DNA of 64,000 bases, taken from NCBI GenBank assembly GCA_951406725.2, contig OX597824.1, forward strand, positions 27,652,001 to 27,716,000, written 5' to 3'. Of the stretch, positions 37,647-52,086 are shown piece after piece. Both the position numbers and the translations under genes were made by a program. The notes beneath the pieces were generated by a model. The model did not search any database. It worked only from the letters and a program-made list of their open reading frames with translations, and was not told the origin of the DNA. This DNA is from Octopus vulgaris. Taxonomy: Eukaryota. Each line of letters starts with the position of its first letter. Within the stretch, counting starts at the first letter, position 1.

Positions 37647-38203
37647 GTTGTTGTTTTTGTTGTTGTTGTTGTTGTTGTTATTATTATTATTATTATCCTT
37701 ATTGTTATTTACTATGTTGTTGTTTTGTTGTTGTTGCAATCACAGTAGGAAGGATAATAAGATGAGCTACGATACATTCCTAGTTCTGAGATTTATTTAT
37801 ACACAACATATCTATACTTATATATCATTCAGGACTATTTGATTGGTTATTAAGTTTATCATTTTTCTGTTCATTTGTGGGCTTTTATTTCTATTTATCT
37901 ATTTTTTTGGCTTTGTTACATTTTTAGCTATTTAAAAAAATATATCTTTGTTCTTTCATCTTAGTTCTATAATATTGTTATTATGTTGATTTCTTTTGTC
38001 TTAAATGATTAATATTCTTTCAAGGTTCTTTGAGTACAACGAGTCAGCCAGGTTTTTTTTTACTCACCTTTACTGACACACGCTCCCCACCCCTATGTTC
38101 AATACGCTATTTTATGCTGCTGCATCTTCTTCTTCTTCTTCTTCTTCTTCTTCTTCTTCTTCTTCTTCTTCTTCTTCTTCTTCTTCTTCTTCTTCTTCTT
38201 CTT

Positions 38204-38269
<66 letters not shown>

Positions 38270-38322
38270 TTCTTCTACTTCTTCACTTAATTCTTCTATT
38301 TCTTTTTCTTCTTCTTCTTCTT

Positions 38323-38391
<69 letters not shown>

Positions 38392-38668
38392 TTATTTTCC
38401 CTTCTTCTTTCCGTCGTCGTCGTCATTCTTAGATCTGGCTTCTTCATACCCGCTCTCCCTCTTCGCCGCCGCCACTGCTGCCGCCAACTCCACCGAAGTC
38501 CACCGAACCCACCGAAGTCCACCGACCCCACTGCCTCCACCGCCGCCAACTGCCATCGTCCTCATCATTCTTATCATTATCGTAATCAACATCATCATTA
38601 TTATTTTTACTATTATTATTATTATTATTATTATTATCATTATTATTATTATTATTATTATCATTATT

Positions 38669-38699
<31 letters not shown>

Positions 38700-38724
38700 T
38701 TATCATTATTATTATTATTATAAC

Positions 38725-38755
<31 letters not shown>

Positions 38756-38760
38756 TTTAC

Positions 38761-38793
<33 letters not shown>

Positions 38794-39700
38794 AATTATT
38801 ATTATTATCATTATTATTATTATTATCATTATTATTATTATTATCATCATTGTTGTTGTTGTTGTTGTTGTTTGTGGTGGTGGTGGTGGTGGTGGTGGTG
38901 TGTTTATTATTACTATTATTATTTTCATTATTATATATGGCTAATTTCTTTTACCGAAATTCTTTCTCTTTTTCTAATTCTTATATTAGCTTCTTAAGCA
39001 AACATTGTATAGTTTAAGATTCTATTTACTGGAATTCAAATAAAATAAAATAAAATAAAAGTAAAAACATATATAAATAAGAAGAATCAAAAAAGAAAAA
39101 AAAGAAGGAAAAATTACTTAGTTTTGTGTGAAACAATGATTGATCATTATTTATATATAAAAAAAAATAACAAAAGAAAATGGCTTAAACAATTGAAATT
39201 GGATAGAAAAATCGAAATGGTGTCTCTAATAATAGATTTTATCAGACATAAAACTTTTATTTTATGGAGTTGGTTGCGATTTATTAACACAGGTATTCCA
39301 ACGATCAGTAAGAATTATTATACCTTATGTAAAATCGAATATAACATACCATATATATGGTGAGATAAACGCTGTAATTATTTAATTAGTTAATAGTCGT
39401 TAGTTATTTCAGTTTTCATTCTCTGTAATGAGGTTGTTGTTGAGGATAGAAGTAATCAAAATTTTTTTCCATCTGCTATGATCTTGCCATTCATTCAGAA
39501 AGGATGAGACTTTTTGGCGCAGCAATTTCGGCACAGTCAGTTTGGCATCGTTGATTCGATGCTTGCTCATTTGACATCAGATGTTTTAATGTCTCCTTTA
39601 CCCCCATTTCTCTCACTCCACCTACCTACCTACCTATGTATGTATGTATGTATGTATGTATGTATGTATGTATGTATGTATGTATGTATGTATGTATCTA

Positions 39701-39738
<38 letters not shown>

Positions 39739-39739
39739 G

Positions 39740-39807
<68 letters not shown>

Positions 39808-39846
39808 GTCTGTCTGTCTGTCTGTCTATCTCTATCTTTCTATCTA

Positions 39847-39885
<39 letters not shown>

Positions 39886-39966
39886 TTCTATCTATCTATC
39901 TCAATCTGTCTGTGTCTGTCTGTCTATCTATCTGTCTGTCTGTCTGTCTGTCTGTCTGTATGTCTG

Positions 39967-40029
<63 letters not shown>

Positions 40030-40030
40030 G

Positions 40031-40072
<42 letters not shown>

Positions 40073-40074
40073 CA

Positions 40075-40110
<36 letters not shown>

Positions 40111-40140
40111 TCTCAATCTGTATGTGTCTGTCTGTCTATG

Positions 40141-40199
<59 letters not shown>

Positions 40200-40762
40200 A
40201 CACTTGTCTGTCTATCTGTCTGCCTCTGTCACTCTGTACTTATATATATATTGAGAGAGAGAGAAAGAGAGTGTGAGAAAAAGAGATAAAGAGTAAGAGA
40301 AAGAGATAGATGGAAAGAGAGAGTTAATATGTGTGAATGTGTAAGTGCACTTGCGACGTATATGTGTGCTTGTGCGCGCTTTTGTCTCCTGTACGAAACC
40401 GAGTGGAATACTGACAGGTTTTGATACTTGTGTTTATTTAGTTATAAATTGTGAGTATCTAGATGCGTGGCCTTATATATACACTCTAAAATGACTTAAT
40501 TTAAACATGCTGAACATAAAAAAAATACAGTACGCGACACACATTCACTCCATATTTCCCACCTGTTCCATTAATATCAGTGGCTCGTGACGTGTGCAGT
40601 CGCTATGGATGGATAAAAAAAAATGCCTCGGAGACGAGACATAGCGATTCGTCAGGATACTAACAGCAGGTTAATGATCTTTGACATAACGGTCAAGATA
40701 GTGACTTAAGGCCCATATCCGTCTATATACTAAAGAGGGCAAGGGATTGGGGCATGCATATA

Positions 40763-41142
40763 CACTACCGTCAGAAATTAATTAGCACCCTTGATTTGCT
40801 CTTCACTCAAGGTATGTGCTGTAACCTAGTGGCCATATCTCGAACTATTGCTTTGTTGCGAGTTCACTGTTGCGCAGAACGATGACGTAACTTTGTTTGC
40901 AGAGCAGTTTGAAAGTCTACAGCCTTATGATGTTGACATAGCAGTGCAACAACAACTTGGAGTGCGGATGCAGACAAATCTTCCTTTGTTTAATAGATAT
41001 AGGTAGCGCCTCGCAAGGACCGAAATCACACCATACTAAGTTTTCTCATCGGGTAAGATGTTTTGAACAGCTCATAGGTTAATTGATTTAACCTATTTAA
41101 TGTAGAAATTTGAGAAGTGCTAATTAATTTCTGACGCAAGTG
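40763..41142. mobile_element. Tc1/mariner-type MITE with 26-bp TIRs and TA TSD
   Basis: TA|CACTACCGTCAGAAATTAATTAGCAC ... GTGCTAATTAATTTCTGACGCAAGTG|TA (2 mismatches). Confidence 0.88.
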
Positions 41143-42129
41143 TACAGCTTTTCAATTTTACTTTTTCTATCGACGTTCGATTTATTTCACCTGCAATACA
41201 AATAAAATTGCACATATAATTTGCTTTTGTATCGTAACTGGTGTAATAGAAGAAACAGTTTCATCAACTGTTGTTTTCTGTAAATTACATAATAACTTCA
41301 TCACTAGACCCGTCTTTCTTTATTGCATTTCGTAAGATATTTTCGTAAGGAGCATCGATACTACGGAGTTCAAATCAAATTTCCCGTTTTTGTTTTCAGC
41401 CTAGAGTTTTTTCAATCATTGTTGCTTTCACCTTAGCTATTTCCGCTCCATTACGGATAGCATGATATTATCTCTGTTACATTTTCTTTCCTATACTTGA
41501 ACTTCCATTTTGATTTTGCATTTTGATTTTATTTTATTTTTTTTCCATTGTCTTTTATATCCTCGTCTAATATTCTGCCATCTTTTGACGCATAATTGTT
41601 TTCTTATACCTAGAGAATTTTTTTTTTTAGTTTATCTGTTCCCACATTCCGCTAATCAGTTTCCCTTGTCTTCCCTCTAAATATTTTTCTAACCCCAGTG
41701 TTATTTTTAATTATTATGTTACGAACATATTTTTCCCAGTAGGTTGGTAGATATTTTCTATTTTTATCTGTTTTAAGATGGTGGATTCGTCATTCAGGCC
41801 ATAGCTTTATAGTCAATACACTTAACTTTAAATTTACACTGCTGAAAATGACGTATAAATCTGAAAGGTTTAATGTGTTTAAGCCTATAAATTATACTTT
41901 TATGAATCAGTTATTTAATATTTATTTTCATTCGATATTTTCTTGATTCACCTTGACTCATCTGCAACATCTGTTCTAAGTTAAGGTCTCAGATATGATT
42001 AAATATGAATATGATTAAATACTTTCTTATTTTGGCATCGAGCCAGCAATGTTAGGGGAAAACAATTACAGTGAGTCCAGTGTTAAACTGTATGCCAAAT
42101 TATGTTGGCATACGTGCTGCAAACTTATA

Positions 42130-42555
42130 GTGTAGATGAAGTCGACTACATCAAACCCAGTACTTGACTGGTACTTTATTTCTTTTCTACTATAGGCATA
42201 AGGCCTGGAATTTTGGGGGAGCGGGCAGTCGATTAGAACGACTCCAGTACGCAACTAGTACGTGATTTCTCGACTCCCGAAAGATATGAAAGGCAAAGTA
42301 AATCTCGGCGGAATTTGAACTCAAAAAGTAAAGACAGACGAAATACCTCTAAATGTTCGCCCGGCGAGCTAACCTTTCTTATTTCTTTATTGCTAACGTT
42401 TCTGCCAGCTTACCGCCTTGCTTGTTCTTTATTTCTATCAAAACGATGAAATGCAAAGTTGACCTCGGTGTAATATGAACTTAGAACGTAAGAAGCAGCA
42501 AGAAATGCGACTAAGCATATTGGCTGACAGGTTACCGATTCTGCCAGCACGCTCA
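42130..42555 (-). mobile_element. Cluster of SINE family C fragments
   Basis: CTCGGCGGAATTTGAACTC, CTGCCAGCTTACCGCCTT and related motifs. Confidence 0.8.
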
Positions 42556-43252
42556 TCTTGTGTCTGCGTATAAAGTAATGTCCACAACGCCTTGATATCT
42601 AAATGTGATATAAGATCCTTAATTTTAATTAATTTCGCAGCATCTAGACACACCTTTAGTGGTTTTATATAACTCAATATTCACATTGATATCCCGTTAT
42701 TTCGATGAGAATATTCTCGAGAACAATGACCGCCATAAAAGCTGAAATTCAAGGTCAATCGGTTTACAGCATTTAGTTATAAACTTTTATATTTGAAAAT
42801 AATATGGTGGAGTGTTATTTCCGATTCATTTTTCCCAGAGTCGAAAAAAAATTAACACTGACAATATATTGTAGCAGAAAACAATTTCAGAAAATTGTTT
42901 TCTATATTATATAAAGAAAATAAAGAGAACATAGAAAAAAAACATATATGTTAGTAATTTTTTGTATCTAATATCAGTTCTTTAATAGTTGATTTATATT
43001 CATGGCTGGCCTTAAAACAAATTTTTACATCATTATTTTCTTTAATAACATCTGTGTATGCCTTTATTTCTTCTTGGTTTTTATTATCATACCATCTATA
43101 ATTACGCACACACACATACACACACAGATGCACACACACACACACACACACACACATACGCTCACACACACACTCACACACACATTCACAAACACATGCA
43201 TACAAAGTTCACAAAACACCGGACACATACATTTCGATTTCTTTGTCTTCAT

Positions 43253-43308
<56 letters not shown>

Positions 43309-43481
43309 ATATATATACATATATATATATATACATATATATATATGTATCTATATATACGTATGTGGGTATATATATATATAAATAAATATATATATAT
43401 ATACATACATCAACATATATATACATATGTATATATATATATATATATACATACATAAACATATATATACATATACATCTT

Positions 43482-43514
<33 letters not shown>

Positions 43515-43545
43515 GCATATATATATATATACATAAACATATACA

Positions 43546-43610
<65 letters not shown>

Positions 43611-43900
43611 CTGTTAATATATTTTTACAGTAGGTTATATTCCATAGCATCTGCTAGACGCCCGTCCTCTAGAAAGGGCTGTGTACTTTACAAAGTATAC
43701 ATTTTGAATACACAAATGACTGAAACCAGGGTCCAAAATGAAAGTTCCATACACATGCAAATGCAACGCAACAACACATATGCACACCACAAAACCCACT
43801 CACATGAGCACCCATTCCTACGCACACAAAGACACACAGATACACACACACATACACACAAGTATAGGTGCATATATACACACTTGCATATGTATGTACA

Positions 43901-44250
43901 GCGGACTCGCGGTCATAGGATCGCGGTTTCGATTCCCAGACCGGGCGTTGTGAGTGTTTATTGAGCGAAAACACCTAAAAGCTCCACGAGTCTCCGGCAG
44001 GGGATGGTGGTGATCCCTGCTGTACTCTTTCACCACAACTTTCTCTTACTTCCTGTTTCTATTGTACCTGTACTTCAAAGGGCCGGCCTTGTCACTCTCT
44101 GTGTCACGCTGAATATCCCCGAGAACTACGTTAAGGGTACACGTGTCTGTGGAGTGCTCAGCCACTTACACGTTAATTTCATGAGCAGGCTGTTCCGTTG
44201 ATTAGGATCAACCGGAACCCTCATCGTCGTAACCGACGGAGTGCTTCCAT
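43901..44250 (+). mobile_element. 5'-truncated SINE family A with TSD
   Basis: Starts GCGGACTCGCGGTCATAGG and ends GACGGAGTGC. TSD ATGTATGTACA at 43890-43900 / 44252-44262. Confidence 0.92.
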
Positions 44251-45232
44251 CATGTATGTACATATAAAAAACCTAGTAAACGCAACTTTGGAAAAAAAAA
44301 AATCTAAGCGAGGCTTTAATGAGTATTATTCTATATCTTATATTTGGAAGATAAGAATGAGCCTACAGAAAAATCCCATCACTTGAAGCAGTTTATTTCA
44401 TGCATCGCCTACAGATAAAGATAGAGAAACGTTTTGGGCGATTTTGCTGTGTCCTATTTTCAGTTACATGCTTAGTATCATCATTCGCCAAGGTTATTTC
44501 ATATTTAATGTAGACTGCGATAGTAAGAGAGTCTAGCAAAATGGTGTTTGATGCTTATTTACATGAAGCTTATTGTGTGAGTTACCCGTGTTTCACGGCT
44601 CAACTTTTTAACTGAAATATTTATGAGGGAAGACCGGGACAGCTGTGCAAGCTCTTAGCGAACTTTACGGTCATGATTTGTTAAAGAAGATTCTATTACG
44701 TAGGAGGATGGCACGAAATTATACTGAAATTTGATAGTTGGTCTGATACATGCAACAGGGTGAACACTGCTAAAGTTGATAAAGGTATCCAAGCGCGCTG
44801 CTGATGGTGTTAAACGATTCGATAGGTTACACATGCCATCTAAGTTGGTCATAGTACAAGGCATCTAAATTGAGTTCTTAGTCTCGCAAATACACCATAT
44901 GGTAATGGTACGTTAATTATATGTTACAAAGGATGAAAGAGAAAGACGACCACGGCAAAATTTGAGCTCAAAGCGCTAATAGTCGGAACAAATATCGTAA
45001 GGTGTAGTTTTTCCGTCTTTTTCTTATTTGCAATCTATATCCTTGGATTGATACTATTCTTATTTTGGAAGGATGCAAAGCTGAGTAGACACAGAATATT
45101 TTATATCTAAAATATCTATATCAACTACATATGTTGCGTTAACTATATAGCATTATTCTCTATTTCAAAACAATAAAGTTTTCAATAGGTTTTGTGAAAA
45201 GATGGATTAATTTCCTCTTCTGTAGTAATATT

Positions 45233-45640
45233 CTTTTCTACTCTAGACACAAGGCCCGAAATTTTGGGGGAGAGGGCCCGACGATTAGATCGATCCCAGT
45301 ACGCAACTGGTACGAAAGGCGTAGTCGACCTCGGCTGAATTTGAATACCGAACATAAAGCCAGTCGAAATACAGCTAAGCACTTCACCCGGCGTGCTAAC
45401 ATTTCTTATTTCTTTACTTCCCACAAGGGGGTACACACAGAGCGGACAAACAAGGACAGACAAACGGATTAAGTCGATTATATCGACCCCAGTGCGTAAC
45501 TGGTACTTAAGTTATCGACCCCGAAAAAGATGAAAGGCATAGTCGACCTCGGCGGAATTTGAACTCAGGACGTAAAGACATACGAAATACCGCTAAGCAT
45601 TTCGCCCGGCATGCTAACATTTCTGCCAGCACACCACCTT
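45233..45640 (-). mobile_element. SINE family C dimer with perfect 16-17-bp TSD
   Basis: TSD CTTCTGTAGTAATATT at 45217-45232 and 45641-45656. Confidence 0.93.
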
Positions 45641-46517
45641 CTTCTGTAGTAATATTACGAGATATGTTGAATTATTTAACGTAAAATATTTCTTCCAGCT
45701 ACAGAAACAGGCTGAGTAAACCTGATGCATATTGCCTAGGTAGCTATACCTATTGCCTTACATTTTCCTAGTAATCAATAATTTAATAAATAAATGTATG
45801 AATTTTAAAAAAGTAAATGGGAGAGATGATGTAGTTAAGTTAAAGTAAAGAAGAATCGTGGTTAACATAATATTTGCAAAAAATTCTTGTAAAAATTCCT
45901 TTCGGATAAGAATAAAATATCGCTTTCTTTGGATTAGGCGCCATATTCTAAGTTGTGTATGTTTTGAGAACAGGATTTCTTTAAAGGTATAAAGTTCCTT
46001 GTAATATAGTTTTTAATGTACATGAATATTTTTTAAAGGTGAATGTTCTGTTTGAAATAAGTGTGTTTTAAAATATATAGGATTTTAAATGGCATACGGG
46101 ATTTTAGAAACATAGATGCTTTTAAAGTTTAACGTTTTTAGTTGGTATATGTTTTATTAATTATGTATGTTTTTAGAATACATTCTTTTTATATATCGTT
46201 TTTTATATTTTTATATGCATTTTAAATAATATATATATTTCAAAAATGCATATTTGTTTTTCTTTTTTTCATATATACGTTGCTAGAGAATTGCAGTTAA
46301 ATCGTTTCAATTTTTCAACCAAACAGTTACATGAACAAAAAATCAAAAGGTTAAAATATATAAGCTGGTTATATATTGTTTTATATATATATTGCTTAGT
46401 GGTTTGAGCGTTGGGCTCACAACTCTCAGTTAGTGTGTTCGATTCCCAGACCGGGCTGTGTGTTGTGTTCTTGAGCAAACACTTTTTGCATAGTTGTAGA
46501 AATTAGGTGCGACGTAA

Positions 46518-46911
46518 TCTTTATATATAAAAGTGAGGTTGTGTGCTGTCTGTCTCCTACGATTTAGATTCCTAACTACTCCCACATTTTGCGGTGCAGT
46601 TTAACCAAAACAGGTTATCTTATAGTCGTGATTCATATCGAGCCCTTCTGGGTATTAGCGCGCGTCTATGATGAGTCTACGATTTAAAAAAAAAATTACC
46701 ATCAATTTTTCCCATTTTTAATGCATTTTTGGCATATATAAGGGAAAATTATAAAATTACATTAAATCTCAGAACGTAAAAAGCTACAGTAACACCCCCC
46801 CCTCCCTTTGTGGTTAGCCATATTGAGATGGCTATTATACTTTACATCTCTAAAAATGCTTATATAGTTATTTCCCTTACAAACCCGAGCAACGCTGGGC
46901 GATACTGCTAG
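46518..46911 (+). mobile_element. Complete non-autonomous Helitron
   Basis: A|TCTTTATATATAAAAG...CCCGAGCAACGCTGGGCGATACTGCTAG|T shows a 5' TC, subterminal hairpin, 3' CTAG and AT insertion site. It follows a SINE head at 46393-46515. Confidence 0.88.
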
Positions 46912-47488
46912 TAATTTCTAAGAAATAAAGCAAAACTCATGTAGAACAGGCAGCATTTCACCGTTTGATGACCATGCAAATACTTCATGTTGACTCCAAT
47001 ACTTATCATTTTGTACTGTCTTGTCAACGGAATACGGCTTCGTTGCGCTCAAGTACATTTTACCCGAAATATTTTTGTCTACTTTTCTCAAACGTATTGT
47101 ACCTAAGACATTTATATAATATTTACTTTCTTCAGTAACACTGTATGCTTTGATTTAAATGATGCAAATATTGGTACGCTTTTACTCTTTTACTCTTTTA
47201 CTCGTTTCAGTCATTTGACTGCGGCCATGCTGTAGCACCGCCTTTAATGCTCACTACAAATTTTTACCCATATGAATCATTTTTCATTTATCACTGATTC
47301 ATTTAACACGGTACGCATTCTGGAACCAAACACCCATGATAAACGCGGTTACATATTCTTTTATTCACATTTCTTTTAGATATTTCCTGTCACTTAAGGT
47401 GTAAAATTTCTTACATTATTGTATGGCTCCTACAGCTTAGCTGGCCCTAAACGAAGCTCTTTTAAAAGCGACCTTTGAATATTGTTCA

Positions 47489-47553
<65 letters not shown>

Positions 47554-47555
<2 letters not shown>

Positions 47556-47952
47556 TCTTTTACTTGTTTCAGTCATTTGACTGCGGCCATGCTGGAGCAC
47601 CGCCTTTAGTCGAGCAAATAGACCCCAGAACTTATTCTTTGTAAGTCCAGTACTTATTCTATCGGTCTCTTTTGCCGAACCGCTACGTGACGGCGACGTA
47701 AACACACCAGCATCGGTTGTCAAGCAATGCTAGAGGGACACAGACAGACAAACATGCACACACACACACATATATATATACATATATACGACGGGCTTCT
47801 TTCGGTTTCCGTCTACCAAATCCACTCACAAGGCTTTAGTCGGCCCGAGACTATAGTAGAAGACACTTGCCCAAGATGCCACGCAGTGGTACTGAACCCG
47901 CAACCATGTGGTTGGTTAGCAAGCTACTTACCACACAGCCACTCCTGAGCCT
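47554..47952 (-). mobile_element. Full-length SINE family B
   Basis: Same structure as 24672-25102, including the internal CA/TA tract. Confidence 0.93.
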
Positions 47953-48798
47953 ATATAGATACCTGCATATATATATATATATATGCAAGTATCTATGTAT
48001 ATAGCACAATGCGACTACTAAACATTTAGACAACTAAAGGAAGGATGTTCAAGTTTTAGCCAACGATTTATCCCCCAAAATTTTAACCTGAAACTCATAG
48101 ACGTGTTCCCTCTTCCAGTCGCTTCTTCCATCACTAGCATTATATTTGAAATAAGCCTGATCGAGATATCTTAATAGGCACACTCATTCCTAGAAAAACT
48201 CTTGTATCCTATATTGGGCCTCCCTTGCAAGATATTAGATTAAGCTATCCTTTTTCCCACATCTCTCATGTTTTATTTTTCACTGCACTGTCTTCCAGAA
48301 GTCATACATTAATTTTTGAAATTAGTCATGTTCTAGAACATAGATTAATAACCCTGGTTGCAAACACTGTTTTTTTGTTTTATTTAAAAAGAAAAAAAAA
48401 ACAGACATTAATAGAACCACACAGGCAACTGCTGCCTCAAGAAATTCAGATGGCGTGTTTATAAATCCTAAAACCCTAAAAATCACGAATACACATACGC
48501 ATACACAGGCGTATACAGACGCGCATAGGCGCGAATCTATATACACATACATACACATATACTCCGGAGCTTTAGCTGAATAAAAAACTTGTCTAAGGTG
48601 TACCAGGAGGAATATAAACCCAAAACCACAGGATTGAAAAGTGAGCATTTTAAACAGGCGTCAATATCTGAATCTATATAAGCGCGCGCGTGTGTGTTTG
48701 TGTGTATGTGCGTGTCTGATAATGCAAACAAACGTGTATTTGTATATATGTATATAAACACACACACACACACATATATATATGTATATATACACATA

Positions 48799-49021
48799 TA
48801 TATACACACATATACGTACATATATAGAGATGTATATATATATATATACATATGTGTGTGTATATATATATATTTATGTATGGGTATGTATACACGTGTA
48901 TGTATAAGTAATTGCCTATATTGCGTGTGAGTACGTGTGTCTGTAAGTATTTCTCAGTGTACTTATAAGTGCAACAATATATACACATATATATATACAC
49001 ACATATACGTACATATATAGA

Positions 49022-49066
<45 letters not shown>

Positions 49067-49189
49067 ATATATATACATATATATTTATGTATGTGTATGT
49101 ATACACGTGTATGTATAAGTAATTGCGTATATTGCGTGTGAGTACGTGTGTCTGTAAGTATTTTTCAGTGTACTTATAAGTGCAACAAT
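48799..49189. repeat. Tandem duplication (unit of about 200 bp bounded by TA/CA repeats)
   Basis: TATGTATACACGTGTATGTATAAGTAATTGC...TCAGTGTACTTATAAGTGCAACAAT ends at 48978 and at 49189. Confidence 0.9.
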
Positions 49190-49867
49190 GAATGTATTTT
49201 TCGGACGAAATATTTATATTGAAATTTCAGAACGCTGTTCTTTTAAGTTAAGAACAAATTATATTCTATTACAGAATAGGAACATTTAACAACGTCGCAT
49301 TTATTCTACCGTTTCGCCTGAGGGTATCAGTAGGTCATGAGTAAACGTCAACAATTGGATTACAAACCTAATTCAGACTCATCCATTATTGGTCTTGTTT
49401 CTCTTGACGCTCTTCTCAGTATTTTCCTCTCCTCTAGATAAAACCTGATTTCACGGGCCTGCGACAATACTGTACTTTAGCCATAAGACTCATGCATACA
49501 AAGATACATACATACATACATGCATAACTACATACGTACATACATATATACATACATTATACATACATACATATATATATACATACATATATATATATAC
49601 ATACATGCATATATACATACACACACACATATATATATGCATAACATATTTATAAACATACATATATGTAAATATACATATATTCAGACATATATATATA
49701 TATATATGCATATATAAACTTATCTTTCTTTCATCTATCTATCTAAATCTCTTGCTCTCTATCAATCTCTATGTATATATATATGTGTGTAGATATATGT
49801 GTATGTGTGCGTGCGTGTGTGCATATATGTATGTGTATATATATGTATATATATATATATATATATG

Positions 49868-49898
<31 letters not shown>

Positions 49899-50229
49899 GT
49901 GTGTGTATGTATAGGTATGTATGTATGTGTGTATGTATGTAAGTACGTATATATATATATATATATTGTATATCAAAGAAAAAATTATCTCTAATGCGAC
50001 CTTCAGTTATTAAGAGGGCAGGGCCTATGATAAAAGACTTTTGTTGACTATTGTCTACTGGAAGTACGACTACGTAGTGTTTATCTTCTGTTGTTCATAC
50101 TGGTGATGATTATGCTGAAGTGATTGTATTTAAACTAGGTATATCTAACTGGTGTAATTCACGTAAAATCTGATATTCACACTGCCTCTTTTTCTGAATA
50201 GAAATCTTAAACTGGCATTGCTTACGTAT

Positions 50230-50683
50230 TTACATTGATTTCAAATTTGAGCACAAGGGTGTCAAGTTCAGAAGAGGGATGAGTCGATTACATCGACCCC
50301 AATGCTCAACTCGTATCTGTTTTATCAACCCGAAAAAATGAAAGACAAATACTTCCCACGCGATATTTGAACTCAGAACGTAATGAATTCAGAGCGTAAT
50401 GAATTCAGAAAGTAATATTCCTAAGCATTTTGCCCGGAGTGTTAAAATTTCTTATTTCTTTATTGCTCACAATGAGCTAAACACAGAGGGGACAAACAAG
50501 GACAGACAAAGGGATTAAGTCGATTATATCGACCCCAGCGCGTAACTTGTACTTAATTTATCGACCCCGAGAAGATTAAAGGCAAAGTGGACCTCGGCAG
50601 AATTTGAACTCAGAACGTAACGGCAGACGATATACGGCTACGCATTTCGCCCGGCGTGCTAACGTTTCTGCCAGCTCGCCGCG
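50230..50683 (-). mobile_element. SINE family C dimer
   Basis: Head CTGCCAGCTCGCCGC at about 50668-50682, linker GGGGACAAACAAGGACAGACAAA, and a second degenerate monomer. Confidence 0.88.
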
Positions 50684-51059
50684 TTTTTAATCGTTATAGT
50701 CACTGGATTGTGGTCATGACGTGGAACCACCTTAAACGGTTTAATGGGGAAACAAATTAGATTCCTGTACTTATATTAAAGTCCAGTACTTTTTATGTCG
50801 ATGTCTTTTGTCACACCACTAAATCCCGTGACTTTACCAATATCGGTTGTCAATCGACGGTGCGGGACAAATGCAAAGACACGTATATTTATATACATGC
50901 CCACTCGCATACACACATGCACATACATATATATATATGAAGGGCTTCTACACAGTTTCTACCTGGCAAAGTTGCTCACAATGCTTTGGTATGCTCCTTT
51001 CGAAAAAGCAATCATTACTGCGTGGCACGAGACACAACACGCCAACACAGCAGTCGCTC

Positions 51060-51915
51060 ATAATAGCCTTACATATGTACATATCCTGCCAACCTCACCC
51101 CTGATACCATTGACATAAGACTACGTGACACTGTCCTGGAAATTGTGAAGGCTTTTCCATCACTCGGAAGCTAATATTTGAGTGGTTGTACTATTCAGAA
51201 TGACATCGAGAACAAGATCATCAGTGCAGCTCACGTTTCTTTCGGATGGCTTCCAAAATGAGGTTGTGAGCTCGAATCCCGGACCGGGCTGCGTGTTGTG
51301 TTCTTGAGCGAGACACTTTATTTCACGTTGCTCCAGTTCACTCAGCAGTAGAAATGAGTTGCAACGTCACAGGTGCCAAGCTGTATCGGCCCTTGCCTTT
51401 CCCTTGGACAACATCGGTGACGTGGAGAGGGGAGGCCGGTATGCATGGGCGACTGCTGGTCTTCCATAAAACAACCTTGCCCAGACTTGTGCCTTAGAGG
51501 GTAACTCTCTAGGTGCAAACCCATGGTCAGTGTCTCACCGAAGGGGGGTCACCACCACATATACCCACTCTCCTAAATGATTGTGGGACGTGGGTATTCT
51601 ATCGATATGACTTGAACAAAATCGAACATTTCCAACAACACAAATTTCATACAGTCATGAGAACTCGGTAGAAGGAGTATGCTACCAATGAAGAGGTTAT
51701 GCACTAAGCAACATTCAAGCTATCATGGCAGCATCCTACCTCTGCTGATGAGAACACATCATACTCTTGACTCAAAAGCTCCTTCCCCGTCGACATCTCT
51801 TTCCAGAGTTGGCCTTCTGCACCAGACCAAGCACAGATCTCAAATTCCGTTTCGCAAACCAGCTCAAGGCCGGTTTTCTCTACTCCCTTCTTCATTGACC
51901 CAAATACCTGGGAGA
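51060..51915 (+). mobile_element. RTE-clade LINE C-terminal remnant, interrupted by a SINE at 51260-51550
   Basis: VLEIVKAFPSLGS..TIQNDIENKI..SFGWL, then [48 protein letters not shown]. These are degenerate RTE/BovB-type post-RT motifs. Confidence 0.75.
51260..51550 (+). mobile_element. 5'-truncated SINE (homolog of 15520-15795)
   Basis: GCTCGAATCCCGGACCGGGCTGCGTGTTGTGTTCTTGAGC..CACTTTATTTCACGTTGCTCCAG. Confidence 0.85.
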
Positions 51916-52004
51916 TAATAATTGATTTCAGCAATACACGTATTATATGTATATATATACGAATGTATATAGGTATGTATACGTTTCAGTGTATATACAC
52001 ATAC

Positions 52005-52086
<82 letters not shown>

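Noticed and set aside
40622-40712. MPRRR...QQVND-like Tc1 transposase N-terminus
   Set aside because: Too short and frameshifted to call with confidence.
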